A stretch of DNA of 62,838 nt, the filler included, from Chiloscyllium plagiosum (lineage: Eukaryota): NCBI RefSeq assembly GCF_004010195.1. It is 5 parts of one record of this genome, joined end to end, with 100 filler letters (N's around TTAATTAATTAA, not from the genome) between each part and the next. Parts side by side here need not be neighbours in the genome. Positions count along the whole stretch, not along the records: positions 48,663 to 56,987 come from NC_057717.1; positions 57,088 to 62,838 come from NC_057717.1; 3 more parts are not named here. One strand, written 5' to 3'. The notes under the pieces were generated by a model. The model did no database searches, was not told the origin of the DNA, and worked only from the letters and a program-made list of their open reading frames with translations. Within the stretch, counting starts at the first letter, position 1, and the number at the start of each line of letters is the position of its first letter. Shown in pieces: positions 51,614 through 62,512 of this stretch. Position numbers and translations under genes: made by a program.

Positions 51614-52365
51614 AATGGCGAATCGTCACAGCTAGTTCAGATCATCGCTGGATTGTGATTGGAGGACCGTTTGGTTGTGCTGACCTGCTCTTGGTGGATC
51701 CGCATGCTGGTTTCAACCTAACACCATATTAGGGACATGGCAACCTTGGAGCTATGGCTTTAGCAACCGCTCACAGCCCAGGCCAGGGCATTCACAGCAC
51801 AGTCAGGGTTACTGTAAAGAAGGTGGAGGAAGGTACACCGGTCGATCGGACTGTGTCCCTCAAGACGATTCTGCTCGAGTACTGCAGGTTTGATGCAGCA
51901 AACGTGTACTGCCTGCAGGATTTCCCTTGGGCAGGCTATTTCGATGTCACCTTCGGGAGCGTGAAGCATTACGAGCAGCTCCTGGAGGTGTTTAAAGAGA
52001 AGGACTGTGGGGCTCTGTTCTCCATTTAGTCGATTATCCCGTTGTATGTGCTTCCTGCACAGAGGAGTAGGGTTGTTACAATTCATATGTACAACCCCAC
52101 GTCCCAACAGCTGATGTCCTGACCTTCCTGAGAAGATATATCCAGGTCGAGGAAGAAAGCACCAATGTGGTCAACCATTTCGGGATCTTGACCAGCAAGT
52201 CAGCGTAACCCTGAGGGTCGATGCCAGTAGGAACATCCTCCACCCACACTCCAGCTTTGCAATCAGAGGGAGCCGAGGTTACATGATGTACGCAGGGCAG
52301 CCGAAAGTGTGCCAAACCTGCAAAAGGTCAGGAAACATGGCGGCAGACTGTAAGGTGACTCTGCG
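51614..52365 (+). mobile_element. Keno/Tx1-like LINE 5' part with ZCCHC3-like ORF1 (51754-~52365, disrupted)
   Basis: VYCLQDFPWAGYFDVTF, RVVTIHMYNP, DVLTFLRRY, GYMMYAGQPKVCQTCKRSGNMAADC (zinc knuckle with H>N); starts directly after a U2 fragment. Confidence 0.8.
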
Positions 52366-55300
52366 AATATCCACTACACACTCACCTTTAACAAATAAAA
52401 AGTTACAGTCTGGGCTACTTGCTTAAAATTTTTTGAGGGATCGGGCCTGGTCCATAACAGATTGGGGGACCTTTGCAGGAATTAGGCAGCGAGTGGCAGG
52501 TGTTAGTGTCTCTTATTTTGTGTGTTGATAAACAGAGCTTCAGATAGGAATGGCTCTTGCAGGAACCAAGGATGTTTTGGAGGTGGAAGAATCGACCTTG
52601 AGGATTTTACAAAATGCACATAAGTCCAAGCTGCGGGAATTAGTAGACAAGCTGCAGTTGAAGCTGGCTCCTAATGTGAGGAAAAATGATATGATTGCAG
52701 CAGTAGCTCTGCATTCAAACTTGCTGGAACCTCCATCATGATCTGTGCAGATGATTAAACTTCGCAAATAAAGCACCTTGTGTTAGAAGCAGAAATGAAG
52801 CAGTTTGTGTTGCGACTAAAATTAGAAGAGAAAGAAAGAGGACGAATAGGTCTAATCCATGAAAGCGAAAAAGAAAAAAAAACAAATGTTTAGCAGGAGA
52901 AAAAAGAAAAGAGAGCGCGTTTGACTTTCAGAGATAGACATTTAGAATGGAAAGTCAGCTTAAAAAGATGGAAATGAAGGCTGAAGGTACGTTTTGGGAT
53001 CTGGGGAGTATGAGGATCCAAAGAAAATGCACATGAACTTGTTCCAGAAGCCTATAGACAACATTTAGGAATCGAAGGAGTGGCCCGGGTCAAACGTATA
53101 TTGAGTTTTAAAGGATCAAACAAAGTAATTTCGATAGATGGATAAGAACTTTAAAAATCAAGCAAACTTACGATGCATTTCGAGAGTAACTATATTAGAG
53201 GAGTAGCAAAATTCGCTGCCTGAAGTAATGTAAACTCCTGTGGAAGAGCAGAGAGGTAAAACAGCAAGGTTAGCACCTGAACTGGCTGAAGATTATGAAT
53301 TGGTCCATAAAACACAGTTTGGCTTCCAGACTCAATTTCAGTCCATGAGGGATGTAAACTGGGGCAAAGAGAAATCCTCATGTGGAAAGCGATATGTAGA
53401 TATCAGTGAAGATCATAAGGATAACTTGCCACACGTGTAAAAAGGAAACCCGAGAAGAGGGCAAAGTAGTTAATAAACTCTGCTGTCTCCATGGCAATAA
53501 ATTAGGTCACAGTAAATAACTCTGTTGTTGCGCTCGAAAAAAAAGACAGATGTAGGAAAACAGGATAAACCTGGGAGTTTTGTTGGAGTGGCAACAGAAA
53601 ACACATTGGAGGCGAGAAATCTAAACAGAGTGTACAAGCTGATCAAAGGTTGGTCAAGGAGGAAGTGCCGAATCTGCTTATAAAATATACCTTCAAAGGG
53701 AAAGTTTATTCACGTAGGCGAGAAGTAGCAGGTAGAGATGATGCAATATTAAGGGACACAGGATCCTCTCAGTCTGTGATGCTGAAAGATGCGGAGATAT
53801 ATACTCCTGAGGGACTATTTCCGGAAAAGGTGCTTTTAATGGGAATTCACTGTGAGACAAAAAAAAACACACATAGTTATGTTAAGCGAGGATAGAGTAT
53901 TCAGTGAAGATTGAAGAAGTATTGTGATAGGAGTACTGGACAAATCTCAGCTCCAGGAATACAAATTGTCCTTGTAAAGTATGTAGCTGTTTCACCAAAG
54001 GAGTGCTGCCTTCTTTGGTTAAAATCCAGTGGAGACACAGGCAACTGAAGCATTGCCTTATCCTGGAATCTTTTCTGAATGTGGGGTTACAAGGTCCCAA
54101 TGTCACGAGTTCAAACATGAGAGATAAAAAATGTAAAGATAAGTAAGGTGAAGTGGCATTTGGAGAGAATCAGATAATTGAGACAAACCAGGAGAAAATA
54201 GTTGATCATGCAAACATGTTTAGTTCAGCTGAACTAATTGAGTTACAGCAGAAAGATGAAATTGTTAAGTAGTTCTATCAAAAGGGCATATACATTAGGA
54301 ATTCTGAATGTATCCCTGCGTGTTATTATCTTAAAAATGGTGTCTGCATGAGGAAATGGAAATTGTCACAGATTCAAGGAAATGAAAAATGTGCAGAAAT
54401 TCATCAAATTGAATTGCAAATGGGGTACAGAAAGGAGGTACAGCAAGTGAAGCATGAATTACCACGTGGAGGTCATTTAGGAGTGAGAAAAACACAGTCT
54501 AAAATAGAAGGCATTTTTACTGGCCTGCATTGCACCAGCATGTCGTTGAATTTTGCCAGACGTCAGGTAATTGGAAAACCACAGGTGTTAATAAACTTGC
54601 ACCTTTAGTAACTATTACTGCAGTTGAGGAACCCTTTACAAAAGTTTAATTGATTGGCTATGTCCCCTACATCAAACAAAAATAAAGTTAGTTCAGTATT
54701 TGTTAACATTGATGGATGTATCTACGAAATTTCCAGAGGCCATTGCATTATGTAACATAACAGCGAAAAGGATTGTAGAGGAAAAACTCTTTTTTTAACT
54801 ATATACGGACTACCAATAGAGATACAGTGCGATCAAAGTTTCAAATTGACATTCAAACCATTCAAGGAAGTTAAGGTCTGCTCTGTAATAAAGTAATTCA
54901 AATCTACTGTGAACAATCTAAAATCGCAGAGAGCACGAGAAAGGTGACATCAAACATTAACGATCATGTTGAATGCTTATGGTAAGCATTATCCAGCTGA
55001 TTGGGGTAAGAGAATTCCATTTGTGTTTTTTGTGATCAGAGATGCAAAAAATGAATCGACCAAATTCTGTCCATCTTAATTACGTTATTAAGAGCTAGGA
55101 CCGTTAACATTGATTAAGGAGTAATGAGTAAATCAGAATTAAAAGGCCACACTATTGGACTATGTCTCAAATTTTCCAGAACGAATAAAAAGCGCTGGGG
55201 AGTTGGCTAGATGACATTTAAAAGTATTGCAGAATGCACCTAAACAGGAAGTGGACAAGAAATCAAAACTTTGCAGTTTTGCTATCGGGGATAAAGTAAG

Positions 55301-56987
55301 TATGCTACTTCCACTTATGCGTGAATCTTGAAAAGCAAGTACTGTTGAAACTTATCAAATGAGAAAGAAAATTGAGTAAGGATACCTACTTGGTAGGGAT
55401 TCCAGACAGAAAGAAATCTCACAGAGTATGTCATGTGAATATGCTCAAAAGGTATTTCGACAGGGAAGGAGAGCAACGGTAATGATTACAGTACAGAAGG
55501 AAGATCCAAGTTCAGAGGATTCGGAATTGGACATTCCTCAAATGAAAGTGGACAAGGATGAAGTTGTCTAAAATTTGGATAAATTATAGGAGAGTAGCCT
55601 TCCTGCTGAAAAGAAACGAAATGACCTGAAAAAGTTATTAGTATTATATGGGAAGATATGCGGAAATTAAATGGAAATACTACCTAATTGTGCATAATGT
55701 AGAGAAAGGACATGCTGTTCCGATTAAGCAGCATTCTTATAGGCATAATCCTCTGAAGTTGGTTCAGGTTCAGAAGGGGATTGAACACATGCTCCAAGAT
55801 GGCATAATCGACCTGAGTTGCACTGACTGGAACTCACCCAAAGTCATGGTACTGAATACAGATGGTACCCAACGGTTTTGTTTGAATTATCACAGAGTCA
55901 ATGCTGTTTAAAAGATGCATATCCAATTCCGCAATTGGAAGGCTTCAGAGGGGAGGATGGTGGTGCAAGCAACTTATATTTGGCATGAAAAACGTGCCGG
56001 CCACATTCCAGAGACTAACCAATAATTTGCCAGATTTTCCAAAATGTTCTGTACATTGATGACCTGGCGAATTTTCGTCACTCATGGAAGCATTTTTCAG
56101 ACTTGTTTAATGTATTTTGGAAGGCAGGCTTGGTGGTAAACCGAGCGAAATGTCAATTTGCCCAAGTCAATGTTGCCGTGAGATGTAAAAGTGTAGGAAT
56201 TTAGGAATTTGGGGAATTTCCCACACAGTCGACAAGAGAAGCTGTCCTGTGCATCCTGCGATTGAGTGGAATTTATCGAAAGTTTGTGCCTAATTTTAGC
56301 AGTATGGCTGCTCCACTCACTGAAATGTTCAAGAAAGGCAAGAAACGTCGGGAAACACACTGTGAAAAGGCATTTGACAGCACACAAAATGTGTTAACCA
56401 CTGTCCAGTATCAGTTAGATCTGATTAAGCAGAGCCTTTCAAGGTGGCTATAAATGCGAGCGATGCTGGAAAACGATGAGAAGATAAAAAGACGTATTGG
56501 TATTTATCCAGCAAGTTAACCGTTTATTGGTAGAAATATTCAACAGCTGAGAAAGAGACTTTGAACTTCGTGTTGGCACGACAACATTTCAGTTTTTATA
56601 TTACCAACAACACATCTGAGACAACTGTAAGTACTGATCACAAGCCATTGAAGCTTTTGAGAAATTTAAGGACAAAAATGCTAGTCTGTTTAGCTCGAGC
56701 CTGTAGTTTTAGCCACTCAATTTGAACATTGTGCATGTGGCATGTCTTGAAAACATGATTGCCAAAGCATTGTCGAAACATGAATAACAGATCGACACAC
56801 TCAGTGATAGGTGTATCACACACTTAATTTGGATGTGGCTCTGCAGGTTTGCATTTTTATACTAAGTGAATGCATATGTGTGCTTTAGTGTACTAACCAC
56901 TATTTGTGGTGATTTTGAGAACTGAAGACATCTTTGGATGTGAATCATTCAGTTTTATATAGTCCGTTGGTTATGTTGTGCTTGAAT
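52366..56987 (+). mobile_element. Decayed Gmr1-like Gypsy LTR retrotransposon (gag-PR-INT-RT-RNaseH)
   Basis: LTR end CATAACA at 52459 and TGGGGG PBS-like site at 52463; gag from 52550; ILRDTG ~53746; HELPRGGHLG ~54453; MDVSTKFPEA ~54710; WNSP..RFCLNYHRVNA ~55830-55910; YIDDL ~56052; AEKETL and TDHKPL ~56545-56650. Confidence 0.88.
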
Positions 56988-57087
56988 NNNNNNNNNNNNN
57001 NNNNNNNNNNNNNNNNNNNNNNNNNNNNNNNTTAATTAATTAANNNNNNNNNNNNNNNNNNNNNNNNNNNNNNNNNNNNNNNNNNNN
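56988..57087. other. Assembly gap with TTAATTAATTAA linker
   Basis: 100-bp N/linker construct. Confidence 0.97.
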
Positions 57088-58079
57088 CTCCTCAATACTC
57101 TGGGATGTAGCTCATCAAATGCAGCAACATACCAAATTTCAATTTGATTAGATTTTCAAAAACATACTCTTTATTAATTCTAGTTTCCTGCAGTTCCTCA
57201 TTTTGGCCTGTCCCCCGTTCCCTCGTATTTCTGAAAGTTAGTTTCTGTACCTTCCCCTGTGGAGACAGAAACAATGCTCCTTTACATCAGCAGATGACTT
57301 CGATCAGCTAGTGATATGTGGGAGGACTGCACTCCAGAGATGGTGGATATGTTACCCATCCAGCCTGGAAAGTTCCAGAATCAATGCAGTTCATGTCATG
57401 GTGAGTGTCAGCAGAGTTCTGTTCCTGGTGTGAGGCTACACGTGAAACTGAAGGAGGGGACACAGCTCAGTGAGCACCTCATTTTTAAACAAACTGGTTT
57501 CACACTTTACACTTGGAATGGATCCAACTTAGAAAAATATTCGTGGAAATCCAAGAGAGGATAGTACAGTTCCCTGCCCATCCTTGTTTACAGAGCTTCC
57601 CTTCTGGACAGTCTCAGCTCCATTTGTTTACTATGCAGTGCACATATCTTGTCCAGAGTGGGGGTCACCAAACCCTCAGGTCTCTCTGAATGAACCCCGC
57701 AGCAGGCAATACAAACCCGAGAAAAGCGTCCACGTAACCTCCCTTTACTCTGTAATGACAGGAGCAAGTGAAATCCCCACACACACGGTGCATGTATTCG
57801 GTGTTGAAAATATTCCTCTTCAGAGCGAAAAAAGCCGTTACATCACTGCCCGGTCCCACAGTAACAGTTCCTCTCTCCAAATAAGCAGTTGACAATATAA
57901 CATTACGTTTCTCTGTATCTCAGCAACTATAACGACAGCACCAATATTGCCGATGGAGTTGATCAGCATACTCAGGGAAGAGAGATAGAGAGAATATAAT
58001 ACAATGTAAATAGGGACCCACCTAAATTGGCGTGATATTCAGGAAAATAGGAAAAGGGAAAATGTTAGAATAAGCTTCC

Positions 58080-58380
58080 ATTTTATTTTCCTTCATCATC
58101 AGTCCCTTTGGTTGCTTTTCATTTCTATCTCTCTCTCACTCTCTCTCGCTGAACATTTCTCCATCCATTCACCTAATCTCCCCCTCACTCATCTTGCCAT
58201 CCCAAATATAAATAAAATTATTTGCCAGTTGCATTCAGTTCTGATATAGGGTCACTAGACTGGAAACGTTATCTGCTTTTCTCCTGGCAGAGGCCGTCAT
58301 ACTCGCTGAGATTCTCCAAAGTTTTCAGATGGAGGGTGATTTTATTTTGGATCTCCAACATTCACATTTCCTTGGTTTAT
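58080..58380 (+). mobile_element. Old Penelope-type terminal repeat
   Basis: Pyrimidine-rich tract, then CAGTTCTGATATAGGGTCACTAGACTGGAAACGTTATCTG (degenerate hammerhead layout) and ATCTCCAACAT. Confidence 0.55.
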
Positions 58381-58404
58381 TTCACCTTTAATGTTGTTGT
58401 TTAC

Positions 58405-58725
58405 CAGGATGGCAGCATCACCGGCAAGGGCAGCATTTGTTGTCCCTCAATAATTGCTTTTGATTGCGAGACCATTTGTCAAGACAATATAGAGCCAACC
58501 ATATTGTTGTAGGTCTGCAGTCACATTTAGATTATTTACCAAAGGCTATCTGTGAAATAATAAAATAAATACTGATGGCTTATTGTTGATGTAAGTAAAA
58601 TGAGGTTTCATTCCAATTTTTGTCATACGAATTTAAGTTCTATCACTGACTCTGGTAGGATTTGAAACAATGCCTTTAAAGCCAGAACTTGTGCTTCTAA
58701 TTACCCATAAGATGACATTATTACT
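58405..58725 (-). mobile_element. Old shark SINE (SacSINE/DeuSINE-like); related fragment at 37855-37985
   Basis: GGCAGCATTTGTTGTCCC, GAGCCAACCATATTGTTGTAGGTCTGCAGTCACAT and a reversed B-box-like GGATTTGAAAC; family recalled, not searched. Confidence 0.45.
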
Positions 58726-59108
58726 CTGATATGGGGTCCCTATTATGAAATAACTGGAGAGACAAGAACACGTTTATTGTCAAGATATTTGTATCTGAAA
58801 GACTGATCAGAAGAGAACTGGAGTCATAAAATTCGAAGTTAACAAGGGGACAGGTGACTGCTAATTCAGCAACAGCACTGAGGCTGAGAGAATACATAGA
58901 CACATAACAGTTCAGGGCTAAAGGAAGACTTAAGGGTCTGAAAAGCCTTGTACCTTCTTTGATGTTTATGAATGAGGAGTCTGAAATTGATGGAATTGGA
59001 GTTTGTGACTGAAACTGAGGATAACAGTTTATGTATTTGTTAAATATAAATAACTGAAATAGCAATAACTTTCACCATTGCTTATAAAATTGACAGGTAT
59101 AGGCTCAC

Positions 59109-59367
59109 CAGGATTACAAACAACTGTGAGGATGGGGTAGTAACCTGCCTGAATAATCATCAGTACGCCTTCTATCTGCAACTCTAACCATGGACAATCT
59201 TGAATAAGATAGTAAAGACACAAGGATAAACTCCTGTCCATTATCAGAACATTCCAGTCTAATGTTCTCAGATTCTGATCTATTGTTGGAACATTCCAGT
59301 CTACTGTTCTCATATTCTGATCTATTGTTGGAACATTCCCCTCTAATGTTCCCATATTCTGATCCAT
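59109..59367 (-). CDS. First coding exon of a GPR139/GPR142-like class A orphan GPCR (exon 2 not found; may be a pseudogene)
   Basis: Open 86-codon frame ending IIQAGYYPILTVVCNP then a phase-1 donor G|GTGAG (GT at 59108-59107), matching the YYPxLxxxGxP TM1 start of this family. Confidence 0.75.
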
Positions 59368-59400
59368 CGTTGGAACATTCCAGTCAATTGTTGTAAGATT
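59240..59400. repeat. 42-bp (2 x 21-bp) coding minisatellite in the GPCR N-terminus
   Basis: GAACATTCC at 59247, 59289, 59331, 59373. Confidence 0.9.
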
Positions 59401-59949
59401 CTCTTTCTCTCCCTCTCTCTGTCCTGCAGATCCAAATCATCTTGAGGATGATGCTGTTGCTGATAAAATGAGATAACAAGTTGAAGGACGCCCCGCATTA
59501 ATAGAAGAGGAAACCCTCCAGTGATGCAATTTGGGTCCATGGAGACTGACATCAATCACAGGCACTGAAAAAACAGCTCCAGTTAACCTCCTGTTACTAC
59601 AACCCTCATATGCCACAATAATACTTGGTCTGGGTGGGATGTTGACATCGCTGACGATTGGGTGAATGGCACATCTCCAATTGCAAAGTCATAGGTGAGG
59701 CAGAGAGCTGATGCTTTCTCTTCACAAGCTTGATGGTTCTTTGTTTTGGCAGAATTGGAATTGCTGGGCTGACCAGGCCGTCTGTGTCTGATCACGAGGC
59801 CTGCTGCATCATTTCGTTTCATTTATTTATGTTTGATTTGGACATTTATCTGGCCATCACTTAGTGGCTTAGGCAGGGTTAGGCATTTTTGAGAGGCTCC
59901 TACAGAGCCATAAACAATCTAGATACAGCCCATTCCTTGCAGCCGCGGC

Positions 59950-60459
59950 TGAATCCTGTGGAGCGATGGTCAAACTCTCACAGAGCCAGGATTCTTAGTT
60001 TTACCTTTCGCCAGGTATTACTGGGGTCTCAGCAGGGTTGGAAGGCAGTAAATCTCTCCCGGTTGCTACGCTCACTCCCTGAGATTTCTCGCAGAATTAT
60101 CTTTTGATGCGCTTTCCTCCTGGATTGGACAACCGCTTGTGAGACAATCTGTTTCCTGAATATGCTTTTGAGAAGTGTGTGTTTATTGAATGTTACCATA
60201 TCGCAGAAGTGACTGTTTAGCAGTTAAATAAACTAATATTCTGTTAAGTGTTCCAATAATTATCCCAAGTTCCGCTTGCTGTTGCTGTATTTTGTCGACA
60301 GTGTTTGAATAGATTGTGTTTTGCTTAAAATTGAATATTTCGACCAAGTGAATTGTATCTGAAATACATCATCTCGCATTTACCTTTAAAATAAGAAAGT
60401 GTTCGGGTCGAGACTACCTTTTCCATGTATTTTGAGGAGATATGCTCGGGTCCATAATA
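59950..60459 (+). mobile_element. Gypsy LTR fragment related to the LTR end at 52366-52459
   Basis: TACCTTTAAAATAAGAAAG...TTTTGAGG...GGTCCATAATA parallels CACCTTTAACAAATAAAAAG...TTTTGAGG...GGTCCATAACA. 5' limit approximate. Confidence 0.6.
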
Positions 60460-60782
60460 AGAGCGTTAGATATTTACGCTTTACTTGGGTCTTTACTTAA
60501 TGGTCAACATGTTGGAGAACAATAGGATTTGACAACAGAATGCGCCGTGCTGGAGGAGTGATAGCTCTATCAGGAAATGGACCGGATACATAATCCACCT
60601 CACAGACCCAGCCCGGACACGTATAAGCCCAGATGAGATGTCTGCTCAGCATGGAGCACTGTGCACACCAAGCTCAGTACAAACAAGCAATCTCTCCAGG
60701 ATGGAATACTGTACAGACCAGGCTCAGTACTAACCAGCAATCTGTCCAGGATGGAATACTGTACAGACTAAGCTCAATACAA

Positions 60783-60991
60783 AAGCAGAAAATGTGTTGC
60801 TGGAAAAGTACAGCAGGTCAGGCAGCATCCAAGGAGCAGCAGAATCGACGTTTCCGGCATGAGCCCTTCTTCAGGAATCATACCCGAAATGTCGATTCTC
60901 CTGCTCCTTGGATGCTGCCTGACCTGCTTTGCTTTTCCAGCAATACATTTTCAGCTCTGATCTCCAGCATCTGCAGTCCTCACTTTCTCCT
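60783..60991. mobile_element. Penelope-type hairpin element with probable 15-bp target-site duplication
   Basis: Inverted arms ~60790-60855 and ~60886-60951; flanks CTAAGCTCAATACAA (60768-60782) and CTAAGCTCAGTACAA (60992-61006). Confidence 0.85.
60842..60879 (-). ncRNA. Minimal type I hammerhead ribozyme motif
   Basis: GATTC-CTGAAGA-AGGGC TCAT GCCG-GAAAC-GTC-GATTC: CUGANGA and GAAA cores, stem II, ACGU palindrome, GUC site, short imperfect stem I. Confidence 0.65.
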
Positions 60992-62442
60992 CTAAGCTCA
61001 GTACAACACAGCAATCTGTCCAGGATGGAGCACTGCGCAGACCAGGCTCAGTATAACCCAGCAAACTGTCCAGGATAGAATACTGTGCAAGTCTCAGTAG
61101 TCCACAAGCTATCCCTCCAACATGAGGAGCAGTACAGACCACACTGGGGCATTGATTCAGAAACCCGAACGAAATGGTCTGTCCAGCATGGACTTGCAGA
61201 ATGCAGCCCACACCAGTGTCTTGCTCTACAAACGCGGACAAGATACCTGTTCAGTATGAGAGCTGTACAGTGGATAGCAGCAAATTGATCTGTAAATGAC
61301 GAGCAGTTACCTTCCCAGCATGTCGCGCTGTGTACACCACCCCAGTGCATTGCTCCATAGCACTGTGTTAAATGACTGCCCAGCGTGGGGAATCTTGCAG
61401 CCCATGCTGGACGTGACAAGATGTGCAGCTCCCATTCATTTCCAGCTCCATATCTACATTGTGCGATGACAACCGGTGCTGTGTTTATAAACATCACTGC
61501 CACAGAGAGATGGTTGGGGATGGGGGTGGGGGGGGGGGGAGCGCGTGAGAGATGTGTTTAATTACCAATAAGCAAAATATTCTTGGGAAAGAGAGAAAAG
61601 GAGATTGAGAGGCAATTTCATGGAAAATTAGAGGCTTCAGAATGCTGAAATAAAGACATTTCGGCAGCATCCTGCAACATGAGACAGTATGCTCAGGCAT
61701 GATGGGTGAACGGGATATTAGTGTGAATTCTGATGTTGGAGATTTTGATGAGCATTTCTTTTGCAGCTTTATAACTGGAGTGGGCTCAACAGTATCTTCG
61801 ACTTATTGGGCTGAACCTGACAATAATTTGTCTCAGTGACATTTTCATTAAGTGTGACAAAAGGATTGTCTGCACGAGGTTGAGCTACTTTCCTGGTGAT
61901 ATCTTATTGAACTCACCTCATTAACTACCCACCCCACACCAAGGTGTCCCTCTCATTCAATACCAGCCCGATTCTCCTACCCATCATGGCTGCAGTCACT
62001 CACCATCGCATGGATGTCCCGGATATTCTGTGATCCTTGACTGCTGCCATCTTTAAAGACGAACGGGTGCATGTTTGAGCTTTCTCAGTCTGGATCTGCC
62101 CTGCACAGTTAAGGCCGAGTATGACAGATAAGGGGCAATTGCAGCATGCTTTGTCGACAGGGGCAGATGGATGGGTTACTACAGACGGTGATGATTCGCT
62201 TCCCAGAGTGGGGCACACCACTAGATCCACCGAGCATGGTCTGAGTTCACCAACCCAGCTCAGTGCAGTATCTACAGTATCAAGAAATGTGCAGCAATAC
62301 AGGGCAAGAATTAATAAACTTGCCCACTCTGTCAGGATAAGGGTCTCCGTATTCTCTTGTTCCCTCACACTCACTGTTCCAGCACCTACCACTCCCACTA
62401 CTGCATGCAGCACCTTCCCTTTTACTCTGACTCTCTATGTCT

Positions 62443-62457
62443 GTCTCTCTCTTTCTG

Positions 62458-62504
<47 letters not shown>

Positions 62505-62512
62505 GTCTCTCT
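62443..62512. repeat. (CT)n microsatellite
   Basis: Directly visible. Confidence 0.95.

Larger units (their letters stand above)
60550..61463 (-). repeat. Dispersed composite repeat, copy B, containing a 50-bp minisatellite
   Basis: Reverse complement homologous to 23554-24260; 50-bp units at 60661, 60711, 60761, continuing after the insertion. Confidence 0.8.

Noticed and set aside
51754..52365. Host ZCCHC3 gene
   Set aside because: In-frame stop, frameshifts, damaged knuckle and retroposon context favour a Keno/Tx1 ORF1.
57584..57990. Immunoglobulin or TCR V segment
   Set aside because: No canonical Cys, Trp or YYC in frame and no recombination signal (CACAGTG...ACAAAAACC) seen.
59401..59700. 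Plus-strand exon after a pyrimidine tract and CAG at 59429
   Set aside because: All three frames contain stops; the tract is more simply the GA-rich leader of the minus-strand GPCR exon.
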